Below, in pieces: positions 10,761-22,900 of a stretch of 64,000 bases of DNA. Position numbers and translations under genes: made by a program. The stretch spans positions 112,158,001-112,222,000 of the forward strand of contig NC_058377.1 of NCBI RefSeq assembly GCF_018350175.1, given 5' to 3'. Source of the DNA: Felis catus (lineage: Eukaryota). Numbering within the stretch: the stretch's first letter is position 1; each line of letters begins with the position of its first letter. The notes below the pieces were generated by a model. That model ran no database searches, was not told where the DNA came from, and saw only the letters and a list, made by a program, of their open reading frames with translations.

Positions 10761-10875
10761 GGGGCGCCTGGCTGGCTCAGTTGGTAGCGTGTGTGACTCT
10801 TGATCTCAGGCTTGTAAGTTCGAGCCCCACGTTGGGTATAGAGGTTACTTAAAAATAAAATCTTTAAAAAAATAA
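10761..10875 (+). mobile_element. Short Can-SINE lacking the (CT)n segment
   Basis: ggggcgcctggctggctcagttggtag...gttcgagccccacgttgggtatagag...aaaataaaatcttt; TSD aaaatagacttca. Confidence 0.9.
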
Positions 10876-11265
10876 AAAATAGACTTCAGGAAAAGAATAT
10901 TACCAGAAATAAAGAGGGATAGTTCAGAATGCTACAGGAGATTATTCATAAAGAGGACGTAATAGTCATAAACACTTATGCACCTGCTCACAGGGCCTCG
11001 ATATACTGAAGCAAAATTTGACAGGACAAAAGAGAGAAATGGGCAATTCTACAAATACAGCAGGACACTGAATACCCCTTTCTCAAATTGATAGGACAGT
11101 TGGGCAAGAAAATCAACAGAGACTTAGATGATCTGAACAATCATCTTGACCTGATATTTATGGATCAGTAACTACAGAACACACATTCCCTTTGGGCGTG
11201 TGTGGAACACTCACCAAACTGGAGGAGGTACAGGGCCATACAATTCAAGTTTGGAAATAATTTTC

Positions 11266-11455
11266 TTTTTCTTTTTTTTTTTTCTTTTTCAGTTTATTTA
11301 TTTGAAAGAGAGAGAGAGTGGGGGAAGGGCAGAGAGACAGAATCCCAAGCACTGTCAGCACAGACCCTAATGTGGGGCTTGAATCCACGAACAGTGAGAC
11401 CATGACCTGGGCCGAAGTCGGATGCTTAACTGACTGAGCCACTGCCTGGTGCCCC
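11266..11455 (-). mobile_element. Can-SINE
   Basis: Perfect 18-nt TSD agtttggaaataattttc at 11248-11265 and 11457-11474. Confidence 0.94.
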
Positions 11456-12458
11456 TAGTTTGGAAATAATTTTCCTTCAGGAATTTGAAGGCTCTCATTC
11501 ATTTACTCCGGTGACCAGGTTTGTTCTGGAGGGATCTGTGACCACTTGTGTTCGTGGAACGTGAGTCCCCTCCCTGTGGCCCCCGCCCACAGGGTGGGGA
11601 GCCCTGCAGGATGGCCTCTTTGCCCCAGGCTGACCAAGATGTGTTGACGCACCATGGTGTGGCTCTGTCCTCACCTCTCAAGTAGGGCCCTCTTCACCGG
11701 GACATTCTTGCCCTTTAAGTGTGGAACGCTTCCTTCAACCATTTCTTGGCCATTCTCTTTCTTTCCGTTTCTCTTCAAGGCAACCTTGTTTCTTCTGGAC
11801 TGGTCCTCCAACTCAGTTGTCTTTCTTCTTCCATTTACCATGTCTTCTCTTTCTTAGAGACTCCCGTCTGTTTTATCTTGTAATCCAGCTGTCAGAATTT
11901 TCATATCTGCTCGAGTAGTTTTAAATTCGAGAGCTCTGATTTTGTCTTACGAATGTTACTTTTAAAAAGAGTATTTTTGTTCTAACATCGAGGATGCAGT
12001 ATCTCCTTTTATCTCACCGAGCACATTAATAATAACTTTTCAAAATCCTAGTCGCCCTGTGTGATCTGTGTCCTCCATTTTCTCCATAGTATGTTTGTTT
12101 TGGGCTCTGTGTTTCTTACAAATTCTTTTTCTTTCATAGAAAGCAGAAAAATAATTTTTTCCAGAAGGTGGCAGAAATAAGAAAGTCATCATGAAAATAC
12201 AGTTCAGTGTAATTCTGCTGGGACGATACTCCCTGGGAACACCGTCCTCCTCCTGACTGCGCCCTTGGAGAATCACGGACTCGTGACAGTTTTTAAACAC
12301 TTCACCGATTCCCATGTTGTGAGCAGGCTGGAGTCTTCTCTAAATGACCAGGTTCCGAGAGGACAGCAACGTCTTTCTCAGAACAGTGCCTTCTGTCTCA
12401 GAAGGTGTGTAAACATTTTATGGAGTCAGTTAAGGAGGCACAAAATGCATCAAAATGT

Positions 12459-12483
12459 AAAAAAAAAAAAAAAAAAAAAAAAA
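12459..12483. repeat. A25 homopolymer
   Basis: 25 consecutive A. Confidence 0.95.
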
Positions 12484-13467
12484 TGACAGGAATGAATACC
12501 GCTTTGTAGAATAAGATATTCAAAAGCGGAGTGAATGTTTAAGGCACCTCATGGCCAACCGAGGCGAGTCAAGGAAGGTGGTCTGGGTTTGGAGGGGACT
12601 TTGCATCTACAAGAATGTGGCCTCAATGACTCCGTGCTGGGGAGCGGGTCTTTCTCCTCAAGGCCAGTGACACCTGAGGTCCCAGGTGGCTTCATCTTTC
12701 AACTGTGGGTCCAAAGAGGGGTTGAGGTGGGCCAGAACTGCAATCGGCCAAAAGAGGGGAGCAAAGTGAACGGGTCACCAGCAGGGTGATGATGACTCCC
12801 CAGTCGGGCCTCTCAGGGCACCAAGAGGCTGGTGAGGCCCCAGAACACGCTCGTTGTGACTAGAGACCCCGTGAGAGCATTCTACACCCCGGTTGCTGCT
12901 GGAGCTGCCGGTCCCCGCCCGGCTGCCTCACCTGTGAGAGTCATTCTTTCATCAGGTGCACAGTGCTTCTTGGCAGGCAGCACATATTTACGAGTGGCCC
13001 CTAAAGAGCTGATTTCTGTCCCAGCCAGTTATTCTGTGAACACTGACAAGTGTATATGGAGGGACAAGGCACAGAAGAGCCCACACAATATTGAAAGAGA
13101 AGAACAGAGTTGGAGGACTGACAGCACCCGACTTGAAGACTTAACTATTGAACCACAGCAATTAAGGACTGGTGAACGAGTAGACAGACCCGCTGAACAC
13201 GAGAGCACCTGGAAACTGCCCCCCCCCCAAGAATAGTCACCTGATCTGTGATGAGGGAGCAATGGACAAGAGACAGACTTTTCTGTGTCCCACTGGAACA
13301 ACAAGACATCCAGCTGCAAGAAGATGAATCTAGACCCAGACCTTACACCCTTTCACAAAAAATGAACCCTAATGGGTCATCGACCTGAATGTGAGACAAA
13401 AAAACTGTGAAACTCCTAGAAGATAATCCAGGAGAGTATCTGTGTGACCTGCATCTGGTGAGGACTC

Positions 13468-13692
13468 TTTTAAAAAGTGTATTTATTTATTTTGAGAGAG
13501 AGAGAGAGAGAGAACGTGTGTGCACAAAATCAGGGGAGGGGCAGAGAGAGAGGGAAAGAGAGACTCCCAAGCAGGCTGTGTACTGTCAGTGCAGAGCCTG
13601 ATGCAGGTCTTGAACTCACAAACCATGAGATTGTGTCCTGAGCTGAAATGAAAAGCCAGACGCTTAACCAACTGGGCCATCCAGCTGCCCCC
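13468..13692 (-). mobile_element. Can-SINE
   Basis: tttatttattttgagagaga...cgcttaaccaactgggccatccagctgcccc. Confidence 0.93.
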
Positions 13693-14404
13693 TGGTGACA
13701 ACTCCTTATCACATCAAAAGCACCAACCACGAAAGAAAAAAGTGGTAAGGAGGACTTCACTAAAAGACACTGTCTGTAAAAAGACACTGTCAAGAGAATA
13801 AGAAGCCATATACTGGGAGAAATTCTTTGCAAACCTTCATATTTACCCCAGATAAGCGGAAAGCCTGTGTCCATACAAAAACCCGCACGCAAATGTTTAT
13901 AGCGGCTTTACCCACAATTGCCAAAACCTGGACACAACCAAGCTGTCCTTCAGCAGGTAGATGGATTAACAAGCTATGGGACATCCAGGCAAAGAAATAT
14001 TATTCAATGTGGCTCTCAAGCCACAAAAAGGACATAAAGGGACCTTCAATGCATCTTACTAAGTGAAAGAAACCAATCTGGAAAGGCTACATACTGTGTG
14101 ATACCAACTGCGGGAAATGCTGGAAAAGTCCAAACTATGGAGACAGTAAAGATCAGGGGCTGCCAGAGGACAGGGGGAAGGGAGGGATGAACAGAAGGGG
14201 CGCGGACAGGGGAGTTTGAGGGCAGTGAACTTGTCATTCTGTGTGGTGGACACATGTCGTTTGTCTAAACCCATAGGACATACAAAGCACAGTGAACCCT
14301 AACGTCTACTGTGGACTTTACTTAATAATAACATATCCACACTGGTTCATTAATTGTAACAAATGCACACCACACTAGAACAAGATGCTAAAAGTAGGGG
14401 AAAC

Positions 14405-14600
14405 GGGGCACCTGGGTGGCTCAGTTGTTTAAGCGTCCAACTCTTGGTTTCAGCTCAGGCCACGATCTCAGTTTCATGAGTTTGAGCCCCGCATCGGGCT
14501 CTGTGCTGGCGACGTGGAGCCTGCTTGGGATTGTCTCTCTTTCCCTCCCCTGGCTCACACTATCTCTGTCTTTCTTAAAAATAAATAACTAATCTTAAAA
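14405..14600 (+). mobile_element. Can-SINE
   Basis: ggggcacctgggtggctcag head; TSD aaaagtag(g/a)ggaaa at 14390 and 14601. Confidence 0.94.
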
Positions 14601-15282
14601 AAAAGTAGAGGAAATGAGTGAGTGGGGAGGGGTGAGGGAGTGTTCGGAACTCTCTGTACTTTTCGTTCTATTCTTTTCTGTAAGTTAAAACTACCAACAA
14701 GTAAAGCCCACTCATTGAAAAAGAAGCTCATTACTACAGTTTTTATTATGGAAAAAGTCCCTCAAATGTGCAAAAGCAGAGAGGCGGTTGCACCGAACCC
14801 CATGCACCCCTGCCCTCCGCACATTCTTGTGAATTCCAGCCTTCTATCACCTCTCCGGAAGGCAGTTCAGCAGGCTTTTTATTGAAAGACCCAGCCCCGT
14901 GGTAAAAACATAGTCACAATACCATGATCACACCGGAAAGGCAACCCGGATTGCTCAGGTCATCACAACCATCCGCTATCGTGGCTGAGGCTGGGTCTTG
15001 CCTGCGTCCAAGTGCACAGCCGGCTTACCGGAGTCATGACAGCTACGTGTCGCACCTGGTCGGCCCGCCTCTTGTCTTGTTTAATCTGGAGGTTGGAAGC
15101 TGGACCATGTTCAGGTTTGATTGGGGCAGGTGGACGGGTCAGGTGGTGCCATACTACCCCCCACCTCAGGGGCCCCTGAACTTCTGCTTGTGTTTTGAGG
15201 GACGTTAAGATTTGGTGGGGGGGTGGGGGTGCGGTTCAGGAATGGTCAGCCGGATCCATCCCGTTAGCTTGTCATGTCACTG

Positions 15283-15481
15283 TTTTTTTAAGTTTACTTA
15301 TTTCTTTTGAGAGAAAGAGAGAGGCAGAGAGGGTGCACACAAGTGGGGGAAGGGCAGAGAGAGAGGGAGAGAGGATCGCAAGCAGGCTTGAGACTTGAGA
15401 CGCAAGGCTTGAACCCCAAACCGTGAGATCGTCACCTGAGTTGAAATCGGAGGCTTAACCACCTGAGCCACCCAGGTGCCC
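15283..15481 (-). mobile_element. Can-SINE
   Basis: polyT, (GA)n, ...cttaaccacctgagccacccaggtgccc. Confidence 0.9.
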
Positions 15482-15792
15482 TGTCACATCCCATTTTTAC
15501 CAGCCCCTGATGGCCGCTGCCTGGATTCTGTACCTCCAGGGGTGGTGAAATGGTGATTTCCTACTTCTGTGGTTCCTTCTCCAGTTACCAGTTGGACTAA
15601 TTTGTAAAGAGAAACTTGCCCTTATCAATCGTCACACTGCCCTGAGCTACTGTGTAAGAAAGGCAAGAGAAGCGCTCGCTTCTTTCTTTTGACTTTTACC
15701 AGCTTTCAGATTAATGAATTGGTTCCTTCAAAAGTGACCCGTTCTGCAAGATGCATCATCATGAAATCAGGGGTGTTTGAAAACCATTAAAA

Positions 15793-16004
15793 TTTTTTTT
15801 AATGTTTATTTATTTTTGAGAAAGAGTGAGACAAGCATGAGCAGGGGAGCGGCAGAGAGAGAGAGGGAGACACAGAATTCAAAGCAGGCTCCAGGCTCGG
15901 AGCCATCAGCACAGAGCCTGGCGCGGGGCTCGAACCCACGAACCGCGAGATCGTGACCTGAGCTGAATTTGGACGCTTAACAGACTGAGCCACCCAGGTG
16001 CCCC
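15793..16004 (-). mobile_element. Can-SINE (SINEC_Fc-like)
   Basis: Near-consensus body; flanked by aaaaccatt at 15780 and 16005. Confidence 0.95.
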
Positions 16005-16018
16005 AAAACCATTTTTAA

Positions 16019-16202
16019 GAAGTTTTTATTTATTTATTTTGAGAGAGAGAGAGAGAGCACAAGCTCTCCAGGAGAGGGGCAGAGAGAGAGGGAGAGAGAG
16101 AATCCCACCTGATGCAGGGCTCGAACTCCCGAACTGCGAGATCATGACCTGAGCTGAAACCAAGAGTTGGACCTTTAACCGACGGAGCCACCCAGGTGCC
16201 AC
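16019..16202 (-). mobile_element. Can-SINE
   Basis: Flanked by aaaaccattttt at 16005 and 16204. Confidence 0.92.
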
Positions 16203-16310
16203 AAAAACCATTTTTGATATATCTGAATCCACTGCAATTAAACAAGCTTTTTGTCTGTTTTGATACAAGCTTTGTTTTTAAACAAGCTTTTATTGGAGAA
16301 CAATTTCAAA

Positions 16311-16524
16311 TTTTTTTTTTTCAACGTTTATTTATTTTTGGGACAGAGAGAGACAGAGCATGAACGGGGGAGGGGCAGAGAGAGAGGGAGACACAGAATC
16401 GGAAACAGGCTCCAGGCTCCGAGCCATCAGCCCAGAGCCTGACGCGGGGCTCGAACTCCCGGACCGCGAGATCGTGACCTGGCTGAAGTTGGACGCTTAA
16501 CCGACTGCGCCACCCAGGCGCCCC
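16311..16524 (-). mobile_element. Young SINEC_Fc-type Can-SINE
   Basis: CpG-intact body (ccgactgcgccacccaggcgcccc; ggaccgcgagatcgtg); perfect TSD gagaacaatttca at 16296-16308 and 16525-16537. Confidence 0.96.
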
Positions 16525-16537
16525 GAGAACAATTTCA

Positions 16538-17500
16538 GATGTGCACAGGACTCGTGAGGAAGGTAGCACAGAGAGCATCCCTGGTCCCCACACCCAGCTT
16601 CCCCTCTTCTGTACGTCCTACATCAGTGTGGCGCACCTGTCACGATTAGTGAACCGATATTCACATGTTGTCACTAACTGAAGCCCACGTCCTACTCAGA
16701 TCTCCTTGATTGTTACCCAGTGTCCCTTCTCTGTCCAGGGCCCCATCCAGGCCACCACATGACTGTCAGTAGTGTTTCCTTAGATTCCTCTTGGCTGTGA
16801 CCGTTCTGATGACTTTGGCAGTTCTGAGTACCTGTCAGGTATTTTCTAGACTCTCTTTTTAAAAAAATTTTTTTTAATGCTTATTGTTGAGAGTGAGAGA
16901 GAGAGACAAAAAGCACGAGTGGGGGAGGGGCAGAGAGAGGGAGACAGACTCGGAAGCAGGCTCCAGGCTCCGAGCTGTCAGCACAGAGTCTGACGCGGGG
17001 CTCGAACCCACAGACTGCAAAATTGTGACCTGAGCCGAAGTCGGACGCTCAACCGACGGAGCCACCCGGGCAGCCCTTGTAGACCATCTCTTAACCACGA
17101 TTTTCCCTCTCACGGTCAGATGGGGTTGTGGGTTTGGGAGAAGGACCACAGGGTGAGAGTCCTTCTCATCCCCATCACGTCGGGACACGTGCCCCCCCCG
17201 TGACTCGTCCCTGCGATGCTGACCTTGGTCACCTGGCTGAAGTGAGCGTCAGATCCCTGCCATACAGTTGTTCTTTCTTGTTCCCACGCTGTCCCCAACC
17301 GAAGAAAGCCACTGTGCAGCCGCACCTCGGGCGGCTTACGGCCCATCTCACTGAGACCAGTGTGGCCTCATAAATTGTAGGGATTCTGGGTTCTTCTGCA
17401 GGGGAGATTTGTCTCTTCTCCTCTTGTGTTTATGTGTTCAACGGCGTGTTCACATCAGTAGGACTCCCAGATATCACCTGTGTTGTACTTTGGGTTATCA
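16538..17500 (-). mobile_element. Old L1 (L1MC/MD-like) 3'UTR fragment
   Basis: cacccagcttcccc...ccatccaggccaccac...ctcttggctgtgac...gaccttggtcacctggctgaagtg, typical of old L1 3' ends. Confidence 0.7.
16856..17076 (-). mobile_element. Can-SINE
   Basis: gaagcaggctccaggctccgagctgtcagcacagag...cgctcaaccgacggagccaccc. Confidence 0.94.
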
Positions 17501-19660
17501 CCCCAGACTCTGTTAGGTAGTTACGCACTCTGGTGCTCAAGGTTGGCCCCGCTTTGGCCCCGGGGCTGTGTCCTGTGTCCCTGGGCCCTGCCTCCACGCT
17601 CTGTATCTTACTTCCTCCCTGGCCCCAGCCGCGGCTCGGGGCCACCCTTCCTGGTCCGCCCTACTGGCCCCTCACCCGCTCTGTGCAGCGTCTTCACGGG
17701 ACCTGCACACCTTTCCTGCCCGCTGGCGAGACGCGGTGTTCCGGGCTCTTGGTGAATCTGTGCCGACAACTTCAACTGAACGTTAGAACGGCAGGTGTGT
17801 TAGGCCTTTGGCTTCCCATTTTCGTCTCTTTGTTAAAAATCGGGGCTCCTCGCGGCCAGCGTGCAGGTGATGGTTTCTTTGCTCGCCCTGTCTGCGAGCG
17901 TGTCATCCACGAATCCGTCAGCGATCGTTCGAAGCAGCGGCGCAGCGAGGGTCCCAGCAGCGGTCTAGTTGCCGAGCACGAGCAGGGCTGAAGATGTGCT
18001 TCCTCCCCTTGGCAGCCACGTGCAAGGTGCCGCTCGAAGTGATTCCTCTGTTAATGCATTGCTTTCATCGGCAGGTTATGGCGCTGATATTGTCTTGCTC
18101 TTGATTTCTCAAAGGTTGGTTTGTGTCTTACAAGGAAGTGCAGTTTTAACCCGATTTCCTATTCTAATCTATAAGACAAATCGTGTCAGGATTCTTTTCT
18201 TTCTCTTCCTCACCCAGCCCCCGAGGCAGCAGGAAATCGAAAACAATGGCGCGTGGGTCATCCTTCTGTTGAAAAGAAGAAACGAGCACATACCCGCGTG
18301 GATGTCTGTATGCGTGCGTATGCCTGTGCATACGTGTGCGCGTGTCTGTGTGCACGTGTGCCCGTGCGGGTGTGTGGTCCCCACCTTCCTTGCACAGACG
18401 GTAGCCTGCTGGTCACACTTCTCTCAGCCTTGCCTTTCTTACGAAACGACGCATCCTGGAGGCAGCGCAGGGCAGCACGCGGAGGGGTCCCCCCTCCTGA
18501 CAACACCCCACGGCCCTCCGGTGTGCGGCCGTGCGCGGTATCCCAGCCTGTCCCCGGGACACCCGCACGGGGCCCGGCCACAGTGCGGTTGGGGCAGCCC
18601 GGGACTTCCTCCCGCCCGGGGCCCCACCCCACACCCCCTCGGGGAAGCCCGCGTGTGGTGCCGGCGGGCGGCGAGCAGAGGGCTCCCACGTGTCCGCCAG
18701 CCGTGGGCGCACCAGCCGGCGTGGGCTCGGAGCGTGGCCGCTTTCTTGCTGCACCCACCGCCCCGTCTGTGAGGCCCGTGCAGGCGCCGTGCGGCACGTT
18801 TCTGTGTTCACGCGGGGCGGCTGGCCTCTCCCGTCAGCAGGCATCACGGTGCTGGGACCTGTCGCACGGATGCAGATTCCCGACCCCGAACAACAGCGCT
18901 CACTAAATACTTGGGAATGCGGAAAAACGCTGAGCGGGGGCGGAATCCGAGACCTGGGTTCGGGTCCCAGCTCCCTGTCTCCCAAGCGAGCGAGGGACCT
19001 GGACCGGGCCTTTGAGTCTCACGGGCCCCGTCCGACGCGCCGGGAGAATAAACCCCAAGCCGGCGTCCAGCGATCCCACAGCCGAGGAGGAGGATGGGTG
19101 TGTGACATCCGTGTTGGCCAAACTGGAGGCTCTGCTCCGGTAGGGAGGGGGCCGCTGCACCCCCAGCCCCCTCCCGCCCCAGCCCTTCTCCCAGTCAAGG
19201 TTGGGCCTGCGAGCCGGCCCCTCTGACTTTCTGGTTTGAACCGGCTCGGTCTCGCGCTTTGTCGCTGACCCGCCGACGGTCGGTCCCGTGGGGTCGGGCG
19301 TCCGGCCCTTCCTGCTCCAGCTGGGGCCGATCTGGCACGGACTGGGGGCTCTGGGGACTCTCAGCCCATCACCTTGTCACTCTCCTGGCGAACACCTGCC
19401 ATTTCCGTTCAAAGCAGCGCACAGACGCCCCATGGGCGCTGCCCGAGTGTCACCCGGCCTTGCTGGGAAGCCAGGACGACCGTCCATGCCAGCATCCCCC
19501 TTCCCCCGTCTCCCAGAGCTGCCCTTGCCCCCCATTGCGCTGGCTCCACACGGCCCCACGTGAGGTCTGAGGGGCCGGAGGCCCAGGCGACCCACTTGGA
19601 ACCACGGAGGGGGGGCGGCCGTGCCTGCGGTGGGACTCATGAAGCAAGATCAAGAGGGAG

Positions 19661-19930
19661 CCCACGGGGAGCACCCCCGACGTGTCCCCCACGGGGAGCA
19701 CCCCCGACGAGTCCCCCACGGGGAGCACCCCCGACGAGTCCCCCACGGGGAGCACCCCCGACGAGTCCCCCACGGGGAGCACCCCCGACGAGTCCCCCAT
19801 GGGGAGCACCTCCGACGAATCCCCACGGGGAGCACCTCCGACATGTCCCCCATGGGGAGCACCTCCGACGTGTCCCCCACGGGGAGCACCTATGACGAGT
19901 CCCCACGGGGAGCACCTCCAATGTGTCCCC
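19661..19930. repeat. 27-bp GC-rich minisatellite, 10 copies
   Basis: Unit cccccacggggagcacccccgacgagt; ggggagcacc recurs at 19666, 19693, 19720, 19747, 19774, 19801, 19827, 19854, 19881, 19907. Confidence 0.97.
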
Positions 19931-22900
19931 GTGCTGAGGACCTGAACGCCCACGCCATCGGATCTATGGCCCACAGCACTGGCGCGTGGCCTGGCCCCGG
20001 GGCCGTGAGTCTTGGCTCTGGGGAAACACGTGGCAGAGACCCTGGCCAGCCCGACTCCCCACAGGATGCCTGCCCGGGGTCCTGGGCTGACGACGCGATG
20101 GTGCCCACGTCTGACGCGTGGGAAGCATGTGCGCCACACGCCCCTTTATGTAAAGGGAGGGTCAAGCCCTCCCAGTCCCCGGCCTGCCTCCCTCCCCAGA
20201 AGGCAGGCTTCCAGGGCCCGGCATCCGGGACACGTCGGAAGGTCCCTGCCCACGTGAAGACCAGGGCTGCCCTCACCCCCCCGCCGGTCCCCCACCGCGC
20301 AGGCTCGCGGGCACGCACGAGAGCAGGGGCCGTGCTTGCCGGGCCTTCTGCGACGTGGACGTGACACGCACCGTCTCCGAGTGTGTTTCCAGCACGTCTC
20401 AAGGCCTCCGTGGGGCCGCCCGCTCTAAGCGGGGACTGCCGACGGCCGCTCCCAGACGGCAGCACCAGCTGGCCTCGTGGTCCAGGGGACCCAACGGTGC
20501 TGAAAGTGTCCGTGGCGGAGAGGGGCGCTGTTCAGAGCCGCTGGCCAGCCCCCCCCGGGAGGGTCACGGGGTAGACCTACCTAGGGTTGTGGAGCAGACC
20601 TAGGCCGCTTCTGGAGAGCCACCTTGTGGACAGCCACCCTGCGGTGGCCCCCAGGGCTTGAGGCCAGGGCGGTGGACGACCCACCAACGTTCACCCAGCT
20701 GGTGGCCACCGCCGCCCGTCAGACAGCTGGGTCAGCCCCGCACGGCGGCCCCTCAGGCAGCGCTGGAACCGATCGCAGACACGGCCGGCCGCCCGGAGGC
20801 ACCGGGACAGCCTGGCCCCTTCCGCGGGCCCCAAGCCGGCAGCCCTCTTTTTGCCTCCACTTTCCGCGGGGAGCATAGGACGCGCTGACACAGGAGAAGA
20901 TGGCGTTTGGGGAAGCAGAGGAGCCGGCGACCAGGGGCCAAAGCAAACAGGCTCCCAGGCCGAGGTGGGGCTCGCCTCCACTCCCCAGCACCCCGGGGTC
21001 CAGGTTGAGGCAGGGGGTATACCACCTAGGGACCCCATCCTCCCAGCTCCCCCCCCCCCCCCACCAGGGCTCCTTGTCCCCCCTGACAGAGCCTCTTCCT
21101 CATCTCGAGGCCTGGGTCCCTCTCAGGAAGGGGCCTCAGCTGCCCTGGTTCCCGTGTCCAACGGGTCTCTGTCTGTCCGAGCGGGGGGGCATGACGAAAT
21201 CAGTGTCCACGCCCTGAGCCTCGGTACCTGGCGGCCCCTGGACGGGGCCCTGGGGGGAGGAGGAAGCAGGAGGAGGTTTTCCGCCTCAGGAAGATGCCCC
21301 CAGGTGCTGGCTGCGGTCCCTGGGGAGACAGACCCTCAGACAGCAGTGGGTGGGCTCCTGTCCCTGGGAGGACCTCCCCTGGGGGGGGGGGCGGGGCAGG
21401 GCACCAGGCCTGGGGTGACACAGTCCTCAAATTGCAGGAGCTGGGGTCAAGGGGGTGGAGCCTGCCTTCACTTGGATGGAGGGGGAGGAGTCGGTGGCTA
21501 ATTTTTGTGGGGTGAGTGGATGGGGACAGACGGGGACCCTGAGGTAAGCCTGTAGGTAGGCTGTCCCAGGGTTTCTGGAGGGTAATTAGCAGTCGGGGGG
21601 CCGGGCCGGGGCTCAGCTGTGGGCTGGCTTGGGGACAGTGTGGGGTGGTCTCGGATGGGGCAGGCAGATGACCGATGGGAGTGTGACAGGCCCCACTCAC
21701 CACAGCCCCCGGGAGGCTCCCTGGGCATCTGGCCCCCTCCCCAAGGAAGCCCCCCCCCCCATAACAGAAAGACCCCTGCCCTCCTCCCTCCCTCCAGAAC
21801 AGCCTTGGTGATGGGGACCTGTCCCTTCGTCATGCCGTCTGTGGGGGCCCGTCTGTACCCCGGCTCACCTTTCTGCACCTGCTGGTTCCGCCCTGCCCCC
21901 TAGAAGCGCCCCGACCCTTCCCAGGGATGTGCCGGCCACCGAGTCTCCTCGCTGCGGACAAGACGCCCCCAGCGCCTCTCTGCAGGATGTTGTTCTGGAC
22001 CCTTCCTCCGACATGGCCTCGCCCTCTGCAGCCTCGGTCTGGGAGGGCCCCACGCGAGGTCAAGGGCCACTGAGGCCCCACCCCTGACACAGGCCCTGCC
22101 TTTCCGGGACCACATTCTCCAGGGAGTCCTGGGCTCAGGGTGCGGACACTGATGTGTCCAGGACCCCTGGACGTAAGCCCCCCTGGAGAGGGTGTCGGTG
22201 ACCGGCCCGAGGGCAGACTCCGGCTGCCCCCTCCCTCCGGGGCAGAGCCCGGACCGCTTTCTGGAACAGCCCCCGTGGGCCTGGGGAACGCGTGGGCTCA
22301 GGTGGGCCGGATTCAGGCTGGGGAATCCTAAAGTGGTTGACTTCCCGGTGTGTTTAAAATAGTCATTTTGCTCTTAACTCAGAAGGGCAACCACCGAAAA
22401 AGGGTTCCAGCAGCTTCGCCCGCAGCACTAATGTGTGTAATTAAAGTCGGCCTGGGCTCGCGAGGGGGCATCTCGGCGCTGCAGACCCTGCCCGGCACTG
22501 AAAGGAGCGGGGGCCCCTCGGCCAGGACTCCGCGGCCCCCTGCGGCCCCGCTGCCATTCAGGCCACCTCACCAGGGACGGGCAGCCCCGTTCTGGGCACT
22601 CGGTGACTCAGACACGGAGATCGTGGGGGAGGGGGGCCCGGGGACACATCGGTGAGCCCCGGCACGGTGTGGACGCGCGGGGCCCTCCCGCCGGAGGCCA
22701 GGCTGCCCAGGGAACCAGCCCCTGCTGCGGGGGGCACCCGGGGACAGTGGCTGTGCCAAGGTCAGGGGCTGCGGGGGCAACGCCAGGCGGCGGTCCTGGG
22801 GTGCCGTCCTGCTCCGCCCGAGCGCGGACCTCGTCAGAGCCCCACCTCTGAGCCTCAGGCTCGTCTACGAAGTGGGAAAGCCGTGGAAGGTCAGGTTTCA

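Larger units (their letters stand above)
7900..11240 (+). mobile_element. Old L1M fragment (5' region, ORF1 and ORF2 endonuclease start), degenerate and interrupted
   Basis: A-rich; ORF1-like atggctgaaaacttcc...acataaatttacagatt; EN start ataattacattaaatgttaatggg (IITLNVNG, ~9822) and atcagacaaaa.agacttca (SDKxDF); many stops and frameshifts. Confidence 0.85.
13010..14725 (+). mobile_element. L1MC-like LINE 3' portion (ORF2 end and 3'UTR), interrupted by two SINEs
   Basis: agaacagagttggaggactgaca...; gtgaaccctaacgtctactgtggacttta...ttaattgtaacaaatgcac; ggaactctctgtacttt...ttttctgtaagttaaaact. Confidence 0.85.

Noticed and set aside
7900-11240. Active L1 element
   Set aside because: Many stops and frameshifts, truncated, and interrupted by later insertions.
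19661-19930. CRISPR-like array or repeat protein (PHGEHPRRV)n
   Set aside because: Units abut with no unique spacers, there are no cas genes, the context is mammalian, and the frame breaks at 26-nt units.
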